A stretch of DNA of 58,519 bases, counting the filler, from Sphacelaria rigidula (lineage: Eukaryota), in NCBI GenBank assembly GCA_964200075.2. It is 7 parts of 7 records of this genome, joined end to end, with 100 filler letters (N's around TTAATTAATTAA, not from the genome) between each part and the next. Parts side by side here need not be neighbours in the genome. Positions count along the whole stretch, not along the records: positions 8,376 to 16,650 come from CAXNAA020011695.1; positions 16,751 to 25,024 come from CAXNAA020011696.1; 5 more parts are not named here. One strand, 5' to 3'. Of this stretch, positions 11,811 through 23,899 are shown one piece after another (position 1 is the stretch's first letter; each line of letters begins with the position of its first letter). Position numbers and translations under genes: made by a program. The notes under the pieces were generated by a model that saw nothing but the letters and a program-made list of their open reading frames with translations, was not told where the DNA came from and did no database searches.

Positions 11811-13510
11811 GGCGACACAATGACAATGCAGTGGCGACATGTTGTGGCGTGGAGCGGAAGCGAATCCATACGACTTGACCCGCGCAATGACTTCTCACAA
11901 TGCCGCACATCAATCAATCATACTAGGAGCCATTCGTCATTTGCCGGGCGTTGAACATGTTTCGCCGCCAGGATGACTCCAGCATAGAAGCCCCGCCCCG
12001 TATGTTGGTCAGAAATTCATTCGGACTCACATAGAATGATCCGAAGAACTGCTCGAGCAGTCCTGTTTGGTACAAAGTTACACAGTACAAACACGCTGCC
12101 ACAGCACACAGTACAGTGCAAACACCATGCGATCACGTAGTACCTGGCTAATATGGTGCAAACACCATGCGAACACGTACCTGGCTAACATGGTAGGTAT
12201 CGCTGCCCCAGATCTAATGGGAGCGTGATATGAAAGACACATCTGAACTACGCACATTGTATGCGGAGTGCGGTCTCCCAATATCTGACTGTTCGCAAGC
12301 AATCAACAGCCTATATATATATACTTACCTCCAGGTGGATTTCATCCCCAACTGCTGGCTATGTGCTTTATGCGCACGTATGTTCGCCGGTTACCGTCTC
12401 GGGCCACTTCACTTCATTCTCTAGTAGTGGGACAACAGCACGTACCTGCAGCCTACAAAGCACTTCGTACACAGCGTGCCCGCTGTGAGTACTGTACGGG
12501 ACACATTGATCGAACGTGCGGTACTGTAAGATCCCGACCTGGAATTTTTTAAATTTTAAATTTTAAATTTTGAAAAAACAGTCCTCGTACACGGAAGCAG
12601 GCGCATGTGAAATGATGAATCACGGGACGTACCTGTGCTGTCGTATTAGCACGGAAGGTGGCAAGCATACGCTGCAGCCAGGTGTCCCAGCTCCGTTCTG
12701 CCCAGCTGATGGTCTCTTCGAGTAACCAACAGGCATGTAAGATTCTGGCACCTAAACACGTGATCGTTGCTCAGAATACCCCACGCTGAACAGAAAGCTG
12801 AACAGAAAGCACGATTGATGTACTACTGTACACCGTATGCAAACACAACGCGAAACAGTGCAGCTCTACAGCGATGCGACTATGCAGCACTGCTTACATT
12901 CTCGATTGGTCACCATGTCGTGGTCTGATCACGAGGTGATACTAGCGTCACTCTCAAAGCACACGCCCGGCCCGGGGTGGCACGAGGTCAGCGGCTGGCC
13001 ACAGTGAACAATCGCAGTCGAGAGGAATGACCCTTGAGCTCGTGAGTAATAGACCATCGAGTCCGATAAGCACTGCATCGCAAGGCCAAGCAGGGACTCA
13101 CTTTCACGTGCAGAAGAGGTGCTCTTGACTTACTTGCAATCGAGATGTCTCCAAGTGGTGGCTGATAGCTCTGTTATTACTTAGTCTTAGCTAGGTCGCT
13201 AAACGAGAGTTGCTGGATGCTGGAAGTTGTGTGGGCGGCGGGCTCTGGTCAAGGACGCCCGATTGGAATACAACACCACAACATGCGAATGGAGTAAGAC
13301 CTACTGCACTTGCCACGCCTACTGGAAAACGCCTACTACACATACAGTCGATATCCGCCGTAACATCCCCCTCCCTTGCTTCGTGCACGCGGCTAATGGA
13401 AGGTAAGGTAAGGAAAGTCGCAGCTCAATGCACTCCGGGGGAATTTCCTCTACTTTGTATGCCATCAGCCTATGATCACAGTAGCGACGAGAAAACCGCA
13501 GAATTTCCGG

Positions 13511-13901
13511 GCTAAGATTAACCACGGGAAAACCTCGTCATGGAATTGGAAGGATGGGCAAAACCTGGTTTTCAGGGCAAAGCCTCATCGCTTGGGGAAA
13601 AATCCTCTCACGCCCTTTCGGATCATAGAGAGTGCTTCCGCATGTGCTATGTCGCCCCGGGATCCCAGTTGCACTGGGAACAGAAACCACGGAGAATAGG
13701 CGGTGACTATTCTCCGATGGTAACGGCGCTTAGACACCCTTGATTGATTTACAATCAAGGGTAGTGTAGGACTCGCAAAAAGAGCTGACCCACTAAAAAA
13801 CCCCAAGAAAGCGCTTACTGGCTGATGGGAGTGCGTAGGCTTTTCTCTCACCGACCAGCAGCAACTGACCTACTGGACACAGGGGGACTCCTATATCTTA
13901 G
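13511..13901 (+). ncRNA. Highly structured RNA candidate, RNase MRP-like (possibly a degenerate copy)
   Basis: End-to-end stem CTAAGAT/ATCTTAG; GGGAAAA/TTTTCTC; P3-like hairpin before GGGGAAAAATCCTCT; GAGAG loop in a CGGA/TCCG-closed hairpin; three perfect hairpins; ACACAGGGGGACTC near the 3' end. The conserved boxes deviate from consensus. Confidence 0.35.
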
Positions 13902-15464
13902 ATAAACATTTGCGTCATGGTACAGTGTCCAAGCAGGTACTCGGTGCCCACCCTTTTTGTACCATGCTCACTCCACGATATGATATGCTCTCCTCGAAAG
14001 GGGTGGGGCACCTAACATCGGATCAACGTTCTTCGAGGACGAAGAAACGTGATGAACGAACCGGGTACGTGAAACAAAGGGTGGAACTGACAAAACCAAG
14101 AAATCAATAATCTCCATGGAATGCAATACCGGGAAAAAAACAAAGGGCGGGCCTAGATCAACTCCGCGAAAAGATGTAAAGGAAATGGGAAACCGAAAAA
14201 TAGTGCTGGAGGAACGAACCAGGTCCACAGCAAAAGAGAAGGGAGAAAAGCAACTGAAAAATGAAGGAAAACTAGAAAGGACCCATCACGTCAGTAACAC
14301 GAGAAAAACAGCTCATGAAACATGAAAACAGTCAAAAATATAGAACTGACACGAGAAAAAGGATCAGGTCCTACGAAATCAAAAGAAACCAGAACGGGAT
14401 AGGGAAGAACAAATGGAATCCAGACTAGAAATGACCGGACAGAGAAAAAAAAGATGAGACCCTGAGGAGGAAGTCCTGCTCCGAAAAAACGAGGCAAACA
14501 AATCGAGAAGGCGCCCCCCCACCCAAAAAATTGAGATCAAACGTTGTAAGGTGAGAAAATAAAGCCGGGAATGATACAAGATATATAACCGAGCTCATAA
14601 TCAACGGGAAAACACGAGTGAAAACAGACCCGAAGAGAGTAGAAAAAACGTGAGTATTGAACAGCTGTTCCAATAAAAAGAAAGAAACAGTACTGAACTG
14701 CTCATTACTATTAAAAAAAAATACAAATACAAATACAAAGCGCTGCTCGCTCCTGTAATGCACCACAAAACGGTTTCCAGCTTTCCTTCGTACAATATTC
14801 ATACTTTTCTCTGCTTCGCTCGCTCAATGCCATCGACTCGCTCGTCTGGGTCACTTGCTGAAGCTCTTCACTTGAAGACTCCCCGCAGCCTTCGTCGTCT
14901 CATCACTTCTTTTAGAGCGCTCACCGTCGTCGAACACGTGTCCTTTTTGCTGAGCTCCGTCAATATCCTCTCGGAATGCGAAGCCTATGAGGAAACAAGT
15001 TCAGAACATCACTGCTCGACAGAGCGACATGGCGTGCTCGGGCGGGATAGCATACTAGATGCCTTGGCTGGGTGGTGCAGATGCCAAAGGGCGTGGAACC
15101 CGTCCACTCGGGAAGCATCAGGCTTTCCAGGACTCTGCTTCCTGGTAGCTTCTCTGACATTGCTCCATCCTGGGCCGTTGCTCGCTATTTCCAACCTGTT
15201 TTTTTTTATTTAGACTCGCGACGGTGTTTCAGGGTGAGGAAGTGGGGTGTGGGGTTTCAAAAGGTTGGCGTCGCCCCGAAGTCTGATGTTCAACCAAACT
15301 AGACGGACCTGTCAGCGGTTGAATATCTCAGGTGGGGCAGGTAACGGTGTGTGGTTCGACCTATGGCGGACTCTCTTGCGCGTACGTATTTTGTGTCCTT
15401 GCATCACCACCTACAGACCGCGGGCCGTCATTAATGCGTGCCAACTTTCCATGTGCCGTGTACT

Positions 15465-16580
15465 AGTGCTGCAATTTCCTGCCGTGGCCATCCCGACATT
15501 GAGATCTCACCTTCCGGATCCATCACCAGTCTTACCTCGCGCAGGTGCTATTCGCGCCGTTCTACGAAAGGATCCACTCGTGCACGCGGCTCTGCTTCTT
15601 GTGATATACGCGAAGGTCACCTTAGATATATGTGCGTTTTTGCGTCGACACGGCAACTCGGGGAAGGGAGCAGCGTGTCAAGCAATGTGCGCTTGATTCA
15701 AGGGGCCAATGAGACGTGTTCACCCCACCTGACTTGCAAAGCTCTGACAACATATCCAGCATACATCCTCCTGGTCTCACGACTGCGTTCTTACCGCGTG
15801 AGAGATCTGATTCTTCGGAAAGAAATGCCTTCTTTCAGTCACGTGCCCAAATGGGTAACTACCTCCACGCTAGACTCTTCGCCTCTGTTCCGCGAATCTT
15901 TTGAGGGGCACCGCACGTTAGGCACATTCTGCAGGGGCACTGACTACCCCGTTGACTTGTTTTGTTGGCTGTGGAAAATCAATTGGGGATCGAGAAGCAA
16001 GGTCAAGTGCCTGCAGATGTATGTGTATGTGAGTGCAACATTACCTCAATTGTTGGCAAGTTGATCACCTCGCCCCATGGGTCTACCGCACGCCCCTACC
16101 TGATGGCCGTTTGGCGACTGCTTGACCTCTTGGGCCTCCTGCAACGGCATGATGGCACATCTTGCCTGATATCTTTCGTACTTGTTGACGAAAGAGAGCT
16201 GTCACACCTCGTGGAAAGGGTGGCGCCTACTGCTAAATTTCCGAGTGCTCATCATTATTTTGCAACCGCAGACAGGTACTCAGCATCGACTCCCAGGTAT
16301 CACTTTTATTTCGTACTCAGATCGCCTTTCACCTACCGTTTCGGCAGTCGTTTTCCCCCAGGTCCAATGATTATGTGAGGATTTCAGAAACAGTAGAAGG
16401 ATCGCAAAAACAGATAGACAAGGCGCAAGAATACACTAAGCAATGGAGAGTGACAGCGAACGGCGAAGGAGAGTGGTAGCGAATGTGAAAATGTGCGCGA
16501 TACTCGTCTGGGACGAGGGTGAGAAAAATCGACTGGGATTCAGGTGGAAGTGGGGAGGGGAGGAAATGTCGATTCTAGAC
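15465..16580 (+). repeat. ~1.1-kb direct repeat, copy 2
   Basis: Same as 8376-9474; the near-identical ORF-track translations at 8543/15438 and 8881/15962 confirm it. Confidence 0.9.
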
Positions 16581-16754
16581 TGTAGCCCAAAATGGTGCCA
16601 AGCCATTGCGTTTATCATGTAGGATGCTGGATGATGATTATGTGATAGGGNNNNNNNNNNNNNNNNNNNNNNNNNNNNNNNNNNNNNNNNNNNNTTAATT
16701 AATTAANNNNNNNNNNNNNNNNNNNNNNNNNNNNNNNNNNNNNNNNNNNNGGGT

Positions 16755-16812
<58 letters not shown>

Positions 16813-17499
16813 GCGACAGAGGCATTTCAACGCTGTACTCGTACAGTGCGAGCGCAAACTGGTGGTGTTGAAGTGAGACCAAGCCTTGAAGTGAATTGGG
16901 CCCCACGTACCAAGGGAGTAATGGTTCTAGCCGATTTCCACCGTTGTAACGTGGAGCTCCGCCGTATAAAGGACTGCTTCGAAGTGGAGGCACCACTGTA
17001 GCTATTCCGGCCTTTTAAGATATGTCCGTTGTGTCGACCATTGCAGCATAGGCGACGACGCGAGGTAAGCCGTGAGTTACTCCCGAAAAGCATCACTGGA
17101 GAGGGCATCTCAATGTGCTGGTTTCGGCCACGGTGGAGTGCGCCAGCCTCTTGGTAGCATGAACCGTGGACCAAGGTATAGTTGGGAGGCAGTCGGCACG
17201 CGACATTATTTCGCACATCAGAGAAAACGAGAGTGTATGTTGGTATTGCATTTTGCTTTGTTGGTGGAGGTTCGGGAACCTGCTGGTGATTGTCCCGCCG
17301 GAATCATAGCGCTCGTCACCGTTGGTGAGTTGGTCCGTGTGATGATATTTCAGCGTGTGCGATTGGGGGATATCCTTGCTCCGCCAGATCGATCGAACTT
17401 GTCACGCTCCGCGGTCGCCTGTGCCAACTATTTCTTGTCTTTTGAACGATCACGTTTTTTTGTTTTGCCATGTGCTGGCCTACCGTCGTCTCTCGGCAG

Positions 17500-17603
17500 G
17501 TGCAACTTCGACCCTTCGCAGCGCTGCCACTGGATCAACTTGGCCGTCGAGATGTCCCTTCACGAAAACGCCTGCGCGGCTGTATGGCTGGACGTTCCCG
17601 TAG
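17500..17603 (+). CDS. AAA_33/polynucleotide-kinase-like P-loop domain exon
   Basis: CTCGGCAG|G acceptor; (R)CNFDPSQRCHWINLAVEMSLHENACAAVWLDVPV matches the (ID)RCNxxxxQRxxW..LDVP motif; GC donor AG|GCAAGA. Confidence 0.8.
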
Positions 17604-18021
17604 GCAAGATGCCGGTGTTGGCTGAACATAACCATGGCTTTTGCCTTACTTTCATCTCCGCAAGTTTCGTATCTTGGTGTCAGAAGCAATGTTGCTGTTC
17701 GTGTCTCGATAAATATTTTGCAGTAAATCTCCGTGCAAGTAAGTGATATGAAAAGATCGCACCCAGATGCCGTGCAAAGTCACCCCAGGGCACTCTGTAA
17801 TGCTGCACTGTAGGTTATAGCTTACAGGACTTTGGCCTGCCTTCAACCGTGGCCTTCGATGTCCACTATGTTGGTCGCTAACCTGTGACTCCGTAGTTAT
17901 TTTTGTGATGTGGCATGGAATCCGGTTTAGCTGACGGCGAAATACCCGACCTTTGCCCGCTACAGTAGCCCCCATCTATAGCCCCGCCCCCGCCCCTTCA
18001 AAACCTTGGACGTCCGAGCAG

Positions 18022-19287
18022 AAGTTTGCCAGCACAGAGTCAGGAACAGGGTTGGGCACCCCACCCTGGGAGGCCCCTCCGCCGCCAGCGTTGTCAGGAG
18101 TTTCTCCAACAACCTCAAACCTCCCCACCGTGCGGAAGGCTTCCACCTCATTCTCCGCTGCAGGGGAGATCACGACTTGTCAGAGGCTGTATCTTTGCTG
18201 TCAGAACCTGGGACAAACAACGCTGACGATGCTCGCGCTAACGGGAAACGAACAGTCGTCCCGCAAGCCGCTGGTGGCGGTGGCAGTGGAGATCGTGCGG
18301 GTGCTTTTGGTCGAGCGCCCCTTCCCCAATTGCCCCCGCAGGTGGCCGCCACAGGTCCGAACCACTTTCGAGGTGGCGTGGGCTCTCCTTCCCAGTGGAA
18401 CGCGTCACCCGATCAAAATCCCACCGCTCATAACCCGCCTCTGCAGAGGGCATGGGCGGATCAGGCGGGTGCATTTGGTCGAGCGCCCCCTCGTCAATTG
18501 CCCCCGCAAGTGGCCACCACAGGTCCAGGCCACTCCGGAGGTAGCGTGGGTTCTCATTCCCAGTGGAACGCGTCACCAGTTCAAAATTCCACTGCTCACA
18601 ACCCGCCTCTGCAGGGGACATGGGCGGCTTGCGGTGGTGGTGGTGATGATATTCCGGGCGCTTGGTGGGGGATGGGCGCGGCAGGCCGTAGCACCATGAG
18701 GGAGGGCCATACCGGTGACAACACGGGGTCCACCTGGGTCGGTGGCAACGGCGGAGCGTCAGCACACCGTAGTAACGGTAACGGTGTCGTTGGAAACAAT
18801 GGTCGGCATCCTGCCGACAGCTCAACAGCGACCTGGCAGCCGCCGCCGGCACCACCACCGCCTCCCCCTCCGCCACCCCCGTCAGCGGTGTGCCCCCCGG
18901 ACTTGTCTTCTCGAGCACCGACGTCTAGTGGATACGAATACACCGGGTATGAAGCGGGCCGAGAGTTCCACACCGACCACAGGACAGCGGCGTGGGCGCA
19001 GGCAGAATTTTCCCCGCCACCAAACTTTCCTCCCATGAGTGGCGCCGCCAGGGCACAGACCAATAATGGTTGGTACGTCCCCGCACGCTCGAACAACACC
19101 CACGGCGAAATTGCTTCTCTCCCTGCTTCAATGATGTATGCTTCGAGAGGACAGGGGGGCAACGTTAGGGCTTGGGCGGACGGGCAACATGCAGGTGAGG
19201 GCGGGACGGGCGGAGGCGGTGTGGCGGGAGCTGAGGGGGCACAGGCGGCGACGGGCGCGTGGATGGGAGAGAAGGCGGACGATCCGG
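18022..19287 (+). CDS. Large exon: end of the AAA_33 domain plus a Gly/Pro/Trp-rich disordered region
   Basis: GAGCAG|AA acceptor gives EVCQHRVRNRVGHPTLGG..VVRSF..LKPP..EGF; open for 1.27 kb; CCGG|GTAGGG phase-1 donor fits the next exon. Confidence 0.8.
18297..18626 (+). repeat. In-frame 168-bp (56-aa) tandem duplication inside the exon
   Basis: AGAFGRAP..QLPPQVA.TGP..QWNASP.QN.TAHNPPLQ..WA occurs twice, starting at 18297 and 18465. Confidence 0.9.
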
Positions 19288-19762
19288 GTAGGGGTGGTTA
19301 TGCGAATCGAAGCCATCACTATAGCGGAGGATTTTGGCGCGCGTAAAAGTATCATTCAGAGGGGTGCAGGCCAAAGTTTCCCGACGTTTTGTCGTTCGGG
19401 GGCACGATGTGAGGTGTCATGCTATCTTTTCGATGGATGTGGATTGACTGCATCGTGTTGGTTGACAAGTTTTGCTTCGTAATCAGTAGAATTGTGGAGG
19501 CGGGAGGGTGAAGTGAGCAACGGCATAGTCGGCCCGTGGGAAAGAGTAGTCGTTGGTGGTGTGGGGGTCGTGGTAGTTCATGTAGCAGACAGTGGTACAT
19601 GCCGACATTCCTGACTGATGTTGTGGAGCACAGGAACGTGTCGGGTTAGCGAGTCAGCGCGGATACTGTCCGACCAGTGAACGACCTTTGGTTGCTACTT
19701 GTGAGAGTCAGCCGCACTTGAGTTTTTTTTGTTTTTGTGTCTTTTTCTACGCGTGTGCAAAG

Positions 19763-19878
19763 GTTTGGAACTTTCAGAAGGCGAGGCGTTTGCGTTGCTG
19801 GAAGACATGTTTGGGGGCCTGTTGCCGCCGGAGGCTCTGGAGGAGGCGTTCGCGCGGTCGGGGGAAAATCTTGTGGAG
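19763..19878 (+). CDS. CUE/UBA-like ubiquitin-binding domain exon of the same gene
   Basis: Polypyrimidine tract plus AAAG|GT phase-1 acceptor and GAG|GTACGA donor; EAFALLEDMFGGLLPPEALEEAFARSGENLVE fits the CUE LxxMF pattern. Confidence 0.7.
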
Positions 19879-22080
19879 GTACGATCTTCCTCTGGGGTAT
19901 TGATCAAATTGGTCAATCAATTTTTGAAAACTGCTGACAGTTTCTGTGCTGGGTTTTGGTTCTTGTGGTGTACTGTAGGCAAACGCACCGCAGTACATGC
20001 TCGGGGGGGCACCCTATTTCTTTACGTGCACGGTAGCTTGTACGAATATTGCCTCGGGAAAGGAGTGGCCAAAGGACGTTTTTTTTTTTTTCGTTTTTCA
20101 GCTGTGGACGGTTTTTCCCGTGAGGTGAAAAGGGGCGTTTGAAGTGTGATGGTGGTGCTACAAAGGTCGTGGGCCATAAAGGGTGACCGAATCGTATTAT
20201 GATGGTCGACCGCGTGTGTGTCATGAGGTTTATGTATGTGCCGGTGTACAAGCCGCACAAGATGGGCTCAGGGAAGGGAAAAGGATGATGGCTACGCATT
20301 TCTTGACAGGATGAGGGATGGATACATGGTAGGAGAGCAGTGAAACTCAGTAAGTTTAAGATATAACAGGCTTGCGGGAGAAGGAGTCGATTAAGTTTTG
20401 GTGAAGTCGTCCGCACCCTCATTTTTAGAGACATCGCCTTCAACATTACCCAAACCCTGGCACTCGTGTTGATTTGAACAGCTGTGCCGCATCACGCTGT
20501 TTTTTGCCTTACGGGGCGGAGGTGATGGCATATTTCCGAACGCTTTTACATATCGGAGTTAGTATCTCTAGTATAGCGTATGGTCGAGGTGGCGATTAAT
20601 GTCGAGCCTGAACGTCAAGCAGCCGAAAAAAACACTTTTTCTAGACAACAATATTCGTAGGACCTCCAGAAAACGGAGCGAAATAAAAGCCGTCTGTGGT
20701 GCACCCAAGTTTTCTACGACTCAGTAGTACGTACGCCGCGCCGCCCGGTGGTGTAAACGGGCGCGTCTACCGATTTTGGCGGAGTTGAAGGTTCGAAAAT
20801 CCCGACAGATGATTTTTGCATTTGACAAGTGCCTGATTTCCGTCGTTGAAAAACGTTACAACGTGCGTAGAATTTCGTTTTTTTCGAGAATTGACCTCGT
20901 GCGGAGGTCCTGTTCTAACCCGCGACATCAACCAATCAGGCATGTACCAGGGAAGAGATGAGTTGATCCCTTGAGACTACGGACTGGTCCTGAAGAAAGG
21001 GAGGGAGGAGGGGACAATAAGTGTGATGGGGAAAGGACGGTCGGCATCCGTACTGACGAGTGTGAGCATTTGGAACAGCAATCCCTGCGCGATTCAAGTC
21101 ACGGCTTTGTGTCCAACTCGTCTCCAGCGCTCACATGTCGGTATCTGTTGTGCTTTCCCTTATCCTTGCTATTGTTTCACATTCCAAGCAACGTACCGGT
21201 TCAGGAATCTGACGCATACTCCTGGAACCAACTTTTGCCGTTCTTTCCGCGTTTGGAGCTCAGTCTGCAGTTGGTCATCACGTTTGCTCATCTCATGGTT
21301 GACGTTCTGGTCCCGTATGCTGGAAAACATTCCGGAGAATTTTTCCACACGTCGGAAAGATCATGATCTGTCTGAAACAACTAATCAAAGAAGACTCTCG
21401 AGTCCGTTGGTCCAGAAACACAAAGTATGTGACCGCAGAGTCAGAAAAGCCAAGGCGCAACCTTTGCACTACTCGGCGTGCTCAGCGTCCGGCGCTGTAA
21501 GGAGCAAACATGAAAAAGGAGGGCTCAATGATTGGAATCATGATCCGGATCAGTATACTGAAAATAGTATTTTTTCAGACGGATCATGATCTGTTCGACC
21601 CATAGATTCTCCTATGCATTTTCATTCTCAAAACCAACCCCTTCCCTCCCTCCGGGCAAGTCCGTACTGCCTCAAGGTGATTTAAACCCATCTCCCCCCC
21701 TGCTGATGTTAGAAACAGGACCGCAGGTTTCGCCCTGTTCTTTGGTCAAGCCTATGGAAACATCGACTGACGCATTCTCACGCCAACCAAGGTGCAACAA
21801 TCTGCCCAACTATCTATTTCCGGCACATGACGTGTCCCTTCCGTGGAGCCCACAGTAGACAATGCTGACACTCCTCACCTGCTCCCCTCTTGGTATTCTT
21901 GTATGTGTTGTGCGTGTCTGATTCCAGCCCACAGTGCGAATCTCACGCTACTCGATGCATATTCCTCTGTAGGCAAGGTAGTTTCGTGAGCAGCTATCGT
22001 CTTTTGCCGCATGCGACAACCGATGTTGCGTCTTCAGACGACAGACGACAGAAAAAACTTCAAGCCTGTAGATCCTAAAT

Positions 22081-22345
22081 TCCAATTTTTCCAATTGGTT
22101 TTTGTCTCAGGCTATTCCAGATTCGGCATTGGATTTCTGTGACAGAAAAACAAGCAGAACGTTTTGAGAACCTTTCATAAAATAAGGGGAACTTTTTGAG
22201 AACTGCTCAAAACATGACCCTATTATCTGAAGTACAGTGTGGTACACTGAGCATAAGACAATTCTGTAGTGGTATATGCAGTGCAGAGTACTACACTGAA
22301 CACAAGACAACACGGCAGTTCCGCAGTGTTATTTAGTTTTAGAAC
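22081..22345 (+). mobile_element. Dispersed transposon-end-like repeat
   Basis: TCCAATTTT..TTGTCTCAGG..ATTCGGCATTGGATTTCTGT..CAGAAAA; a diverged inverted copy sits at 49728-50013 on another contig. Confidence 0.6.
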
Positions 22346-23259
22346 ATGAAGACGGGCTAGTCCAAGTCCTGACCCAGATTTGGTCTTCGCAAACACAGTC
22401 GCTGCTGTACTCCCTGTGCTTGCAGAGTACAACCTGTACTCGGACAGGGGAGAGGAACCGCACGCTATCACACTTGTGGATAGATACCCTGCAGTAGCTG
22501 GGTATGCTTTGTTATTTTTGTTAGGTGAAAACTTGCACGTCTTCTCTCAGCGACAAAACTCCGTGATACGGTGGGCAACCGAGTTGTGTGCACGCTCCTG
22601 GATAGTGCAGTCTGTACAAAGCTGCACGTTGCTGAGGTCCTCTTCACGTCGCATTGTAAGCAGGGAGAACTGATAGTCCTGGTCTGTCTGCACTGCATAT
22701 TGCCCGCTTCTCCTTCATATCCTCCTGAACGAAACGCGCACACACGCACTCAAGACACCCTGCTTGCAAGCGGTGCAAACAGTACAGACTGTGTCTATTG
22801 TACACGAGTGACCAGGTGCCGTGTCACGAGTTTCAGGCACAGGACCCATACATGGGGATAACTTTGTAGTAAAATAAATTATTTGCGCGAAGGGCGATCA
22901 TATGAGCATTCAAGATCGGCACCCTGCAAACAATGAGGGCCCGTTTGAAATCAGCTGAAGAACTAAAACATGGGACATGTCTTGTCTCACTGTACTGCAG
23001 CACAAACACACTCACTTTCGCTCTCATGTGCTGTAGCTATCGCTGTCCTGGGGTGTGTTTAGACCTTGCGAAGACGGTTTGGTCTCCGCTGAGATTGCTT
23101 GATGTGCTGTATTCTTGTGTTCGTCTCTCTGTAACATATAGTATCAGTCAGTCTGGACCCAACTGCATCAAAACGAGTTTTTTTCGCTCAGATCGATTCC
23201 ACCGCTCCATTTTTTCGACGGAAAAGACAGGCCCTAACCACCAGTCTCAAGTCCTACAG

Positions 23260-23899
23260 TATCGACAAGCAGTTTTGTACAAATTGGAACCCAGATCTGC
23301 ACGCAGGTTGAAAACTGCGGCGCATATTTTCATAAGTCGTGTTTTGGGTGAGATGAAGGGCCCCCAACAATTCTAAATTCAGAAAGTATTTGTGTATCCC
23401 TACCGTAGTATCCCTCTGCTAGCCCTTGCTAATCTACACACAACAGTCTTTGTTTGACATCAAATCGAGCCGCAGCTGCTCATCAGCTGTGCACGTTGTG
23501 CGTGACCTTGCTCACATCTGTTGGGGATTCATTGAGAAATGATGATTTGTGTGAGACGTGCACGCAGCACACGCTTACAAAACGGTCAGCAACGATACGT
23601 CTTCGGTTGTTCTTGAAACGCCTGCAGCCGCCATTCGTCCAATACACAACGGATTTCCGTCAAACAAAGACTGTTGTGTGTAGATCGGCAAGGGCTAGCA
23701 CTGAAACTAATGCGCGTGAGTGGCTGTGCGTGTTTTTTCGGGGCTGAGTGTGTAGGTGTTGTGTTGCCTTGTTGTGTCTTCTCTGCAGCATTACCCAGAC
23801 CTTGGACCTGCTTGGACGAACGACCACTTCCAGACCCGCCGCATTTCTCGACTTGCGTGCAGATCTAGGTTCGAATCTGTACAAAACTGCTTGTCGATA
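23260..23899. mobile_element. Nested foldback element
   Basis: Inverted arms 23260-23322/23837-23899 and 23417-23458/23659-23700 (40 of 42 complementary). Confidence 0.75.

Noticed and set aside
13641-13670. Copia protease-like DPGAT*HM on the minus strand
   Set aside because: Contains a stop, lacks the DSG motif, and has no flanking gag/integrase similarity
14455-14495. Hammerhead ribozyme core CTGAGGA-GGA..TCC-GAAA
   Set aside because: No compatible stem I, stem III or NUH cleavage triplet found nearby
17953-18699. 248-aa ORF as the coding frame, or a frameshift near 18165
   Set aside because: The 18006 frame carries the AAA_33 motifs continuously, so this is a shadow ORF
23463-23490. 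Minus-strand hammerhead-like CTGATGAG...CTCGATT
   Set aside because: GATT replaces the required GAAA and the other stems are missing
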